64,000 nucleotides of DNA, taken from Pseudomonadota bacterium. GTDB taxonomy: Bacteria > Bdellovibrionota_B > Oligoflexia > Silvanigrellales > Silvanigrellaceae. Below, piece after piece: positions 62,054-64,000 of this stretch; position 1 is the first letter of the stretch, and every line of letters starts with the position of its first letter. The position numbers and the translations under genes are program-made. The notes under the pieces are model-generated. The model worked only from the letters and a program-made list of their open reading frames with translations, was not told the origin of the DNA and ran no database searches. The stretch is from the NCBI GenBank assembly GCA_039799905.1, contig JBDLRP010000013.1:1-64000 (forward strand), written 5' to 3'.

Positions 62054-62088
62054 AGGAGGGGTCTGAGCAAGACTCCTTCTTTTTTTTT
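62054..62088 (+). terminator. Intrinsic terminator between ndk and tex
   Basis: AGGAGGGGTCT-gagca-AGACTCCTTCT stem (2 G:U pairs) followed by T8. Confidence 0.8.
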
Positions 62089-62112
62089 GAAAACTTTGGA
62101 AGAGAGACGGCA

Positions 62113-64000
62113 ATGGCAAATAAGGACATTCTTCTGACTCCAGAAATCGTGAATGACGTGGCAGGCGAACTGAGCATTGCCAAGACACCGGTCGAAAATA
62201 CCCTCAAGCTCATTCTCGATGACTGCACCGTTCCCTTCATTGCGCGCTACCGCAAAGAAGTCACCGGTGGTCTGGATGAAGTTCAAATCCGCGACATCCG
62301 CGACAGATTCGAATACCTGCTCGCGCTCAATGAACGCAAAGAAAGCATTCTCAAATCCATTCAAGAGCAGGGCAAACTGACGCCCGTCCTCGAGACGAAA
62401 ATCAAGACCTGCAAGATCAAGGCTGAGCTCGAAGACCTTTATCTGCCTTTCAAACCCAAGAAGCGCACCCGCGGTCAAATTGCCAAAGAGCGCGGACTTG
62501 AACCGCTGGCACTGGAAATTCTCCGGCAGGATCCGGCACTCGAAGACCTCGCAGCACTTTGTGTCTCGTACGTCGGACATCACGAGGAAGTCACAACCCT
62601 TGAGATCGCAATTCAGGGGGCGAAAGATTACATCGCCGAGCAAATCTCGGAACGCGCTGATGTGCGCGGCGAGTTGCGCCAGTGGATCTTCGACAACGCA
62701 ACTTTTGTTTCAGTCGTGCGCGACGATCACAAAGAAAAGAAAACGAAATACAATAACTATTATGACTTCCGCGAACCTGTGAAATCCATTGCCGCCCACC
62801 GGCTGATGGCACTCCGCCGCGGTGAAAAAGAGGAAATTCTCAAGGTCACTCTCGATTACGAAGCTGACACGTCGATGGCACTGATCTCCGATCGCGTGCT
62901 CGAGTCGAAAGCTACAGTGCCGGTCAAAACGCTGCTCGCAGAGTGCGTTAAGGACGCTTTCTCGAGACTGCTCTCGCCGAGCATCGAAACAGAACTGCGC
63001 CTTGAGACTAAGAATCGCGCCGAAGAGGAAGCGATTAACGTCTTTGCAAGAAATCTTCGCTCACTTCTGCTTCTACCACCGATTCCCAAGAAAATTGTCT
63101 TGGGCGTGGACCCCGGAATTCGCACGGGCAGCAAGCTGGTTGTCGTCGACGGAACCGGAAAACTGCTCGACCACACGACCATCTTTCCAGATGTCGAGCA
63201 ACCGGCAGACGCACCGAAGAACAAAAACTCAGTTGAAAAAGCACTCGATTTCATCAAGCGCTATGGTGTTGAGTACGTCAGCATCGGCAACGGAACCGCG
63301 GGTCGGGAAATGGATGACTTTTTCCACCAAATCGCCGAGCGCAACAAAGAACTCAAAATCAAGGTGTTGGTCGTAAACGAGGCCGGCGCGAGTGTTTACT
63401 CCGCCAGCGACGTCGCGCGCGATGAATTCCCAGATCTCGACTTGACGTACCGCGGGGCCGTCAGCATTGCCCGCAGACTTCAAGACCCACTGGCCGAGCT
63501 GGTCAAAATCGAACCCAAGAGCATTGGCGTCGGACAATACCAACACGACGTCAATCAAAGCCGCCTGAAGAAACAACTCGATGAAGTTGTCGAAAGCTGC
63601 GTGAACTACGTCGGTGTTAATCTCAACACAGCGAGCCCCAGCCTTTTGTCATACGTTGCCGGTATCGGCCCGACGCTGGCCAAGAACATCGTCAGGCACC
63701 GCGAGCAAAAGGGAATCTTCAAAGACCGCACAGCACTCTTCGAAGTGATGGGTTTTGGTCCAAAGGCCTTCGAACAGGCCGCAGGCTTCCTTCGTATTCC
63801 TGAAGCCGGCAATCCGCTCGACAACACAGCTGTCCATCCGGAAGCCTACAAGGTCGTCGAGCGCATCGCAGCAGATCTCAACAAATCGCTGTCCGAATTG
63901 ATTGGCCAGCGTGAAGCGCTCAACACCCTCGACCTCAAACGCTACGTCACCGATGAAATCGGTGTTCCGACGTTGCAGGACATCGTTAAAGAACTGCAAA
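62113..64000 (+). CDS. tex: Tex transcription accessory RNA-binding protein (partial, runs off the window)
   Basis: Translated by hand from ATG 62113: 'TVPFIARYRKEVTGGLDEVQI', 'EDLYLPFKPKKRTRG', 'GVDPGIRTG', 'VNEAGASVYSAS', 'IGVGQYQHDV'. Absent from the ORF track because no stop codon lies in the window. Confidence 0.97.
   Translation, partial: MANKDILLTPEIVNDVAGELSIAKTPVENTLKLILDDCTVPFIARYRKEVTGGLDEVQIRDIRDRFEYLLALNERKESILKSIQEQGKLTPVLETKIKTCKIKAELEDLYLPFKPKKRTRGQIAKERGLEPLALEILRQDPALEDLAALCVSYVGHHEEVTTLEIAIQGAKDYIAEQISERADVRGELRQWIFDNATFVSVVRDDHKEKKTKYNNYYDFREPVKSIAAHRLMALRRGEKEEILKVTLDYEADTSMALISDRVLESKATVPVKTLLAECVKDAFSRLLSPSIETELRLETKNRAEEEAINVFARNLRSLLLLPPIPKKIVLGVDPGIRTGSKLVVVDGTGKLLDHTTIFPDVEQPADAPKNKNSVEKALDFIKRYGVEYVSIGNGTAGREMDDFFHQIAERNKELKIKVLVVNEAGASVYSASDVARDEFPDLDLTYRGAVSIARRLQDPLAELVKIEPKSIGVGQYQHDVNQSRLKKQLDEVVESCVNYVGVNLNTASPSLLSYVAGIGPTLAKNIVRHREQKGIFKDRTALFEVMGFGPKAFEQAAGFLRIPEAGNPLDNTAVHPEAYKVVERIAADLNKSLSELIGQREALNTLDLKRYVTDEIGVPTLQDIVKELQ

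Overview
About 53% GC, gene-dense chromosomal segment with no CRISPR array, prophage, integrase or IS element detected. The gene content points to a Bdellovibrionota/Oligoflexia-like or related 'deltaproteobacterial' organism (inference): an AglRQS/GltG-like motor module, CarD, secreted trypsin and patatin-like proteins, and Tex. Most genes are housekeeping: metH/yitJ, rnj, psd, uvrA-like, trmB, queG, tgt, htrA, mutase, groESL, sucCD, kefFC, ssb, lpxC, dnaJ, cysS, tRNA-Arg(UCG), cobS, carD, ndk and tex. Five things stand out. (1) A complete five-gene Agl/Glt (Tol/Exb-type) motor module in which the ExbB-like subunit and both ExbD-like subunits appear to have lost the proton-conducting residues. 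(2) A small secreted protein made of eight synonymously diverged xLIG(E/T)xG(R/K) repeats. (3) An identical CTTGACA-N13-GCTTAGsTT motif upstream of groES and dnaJ, with no CIRCE. (4) Several apparently catalytically degenerate enzymes: a maltokinase-like pseudokinase, MlaF without the H-loop His, and YyaL without CxxC. (5) Candidate structured leaders and attenuators. All family calls come from motif recognition by eye; no database search was run.
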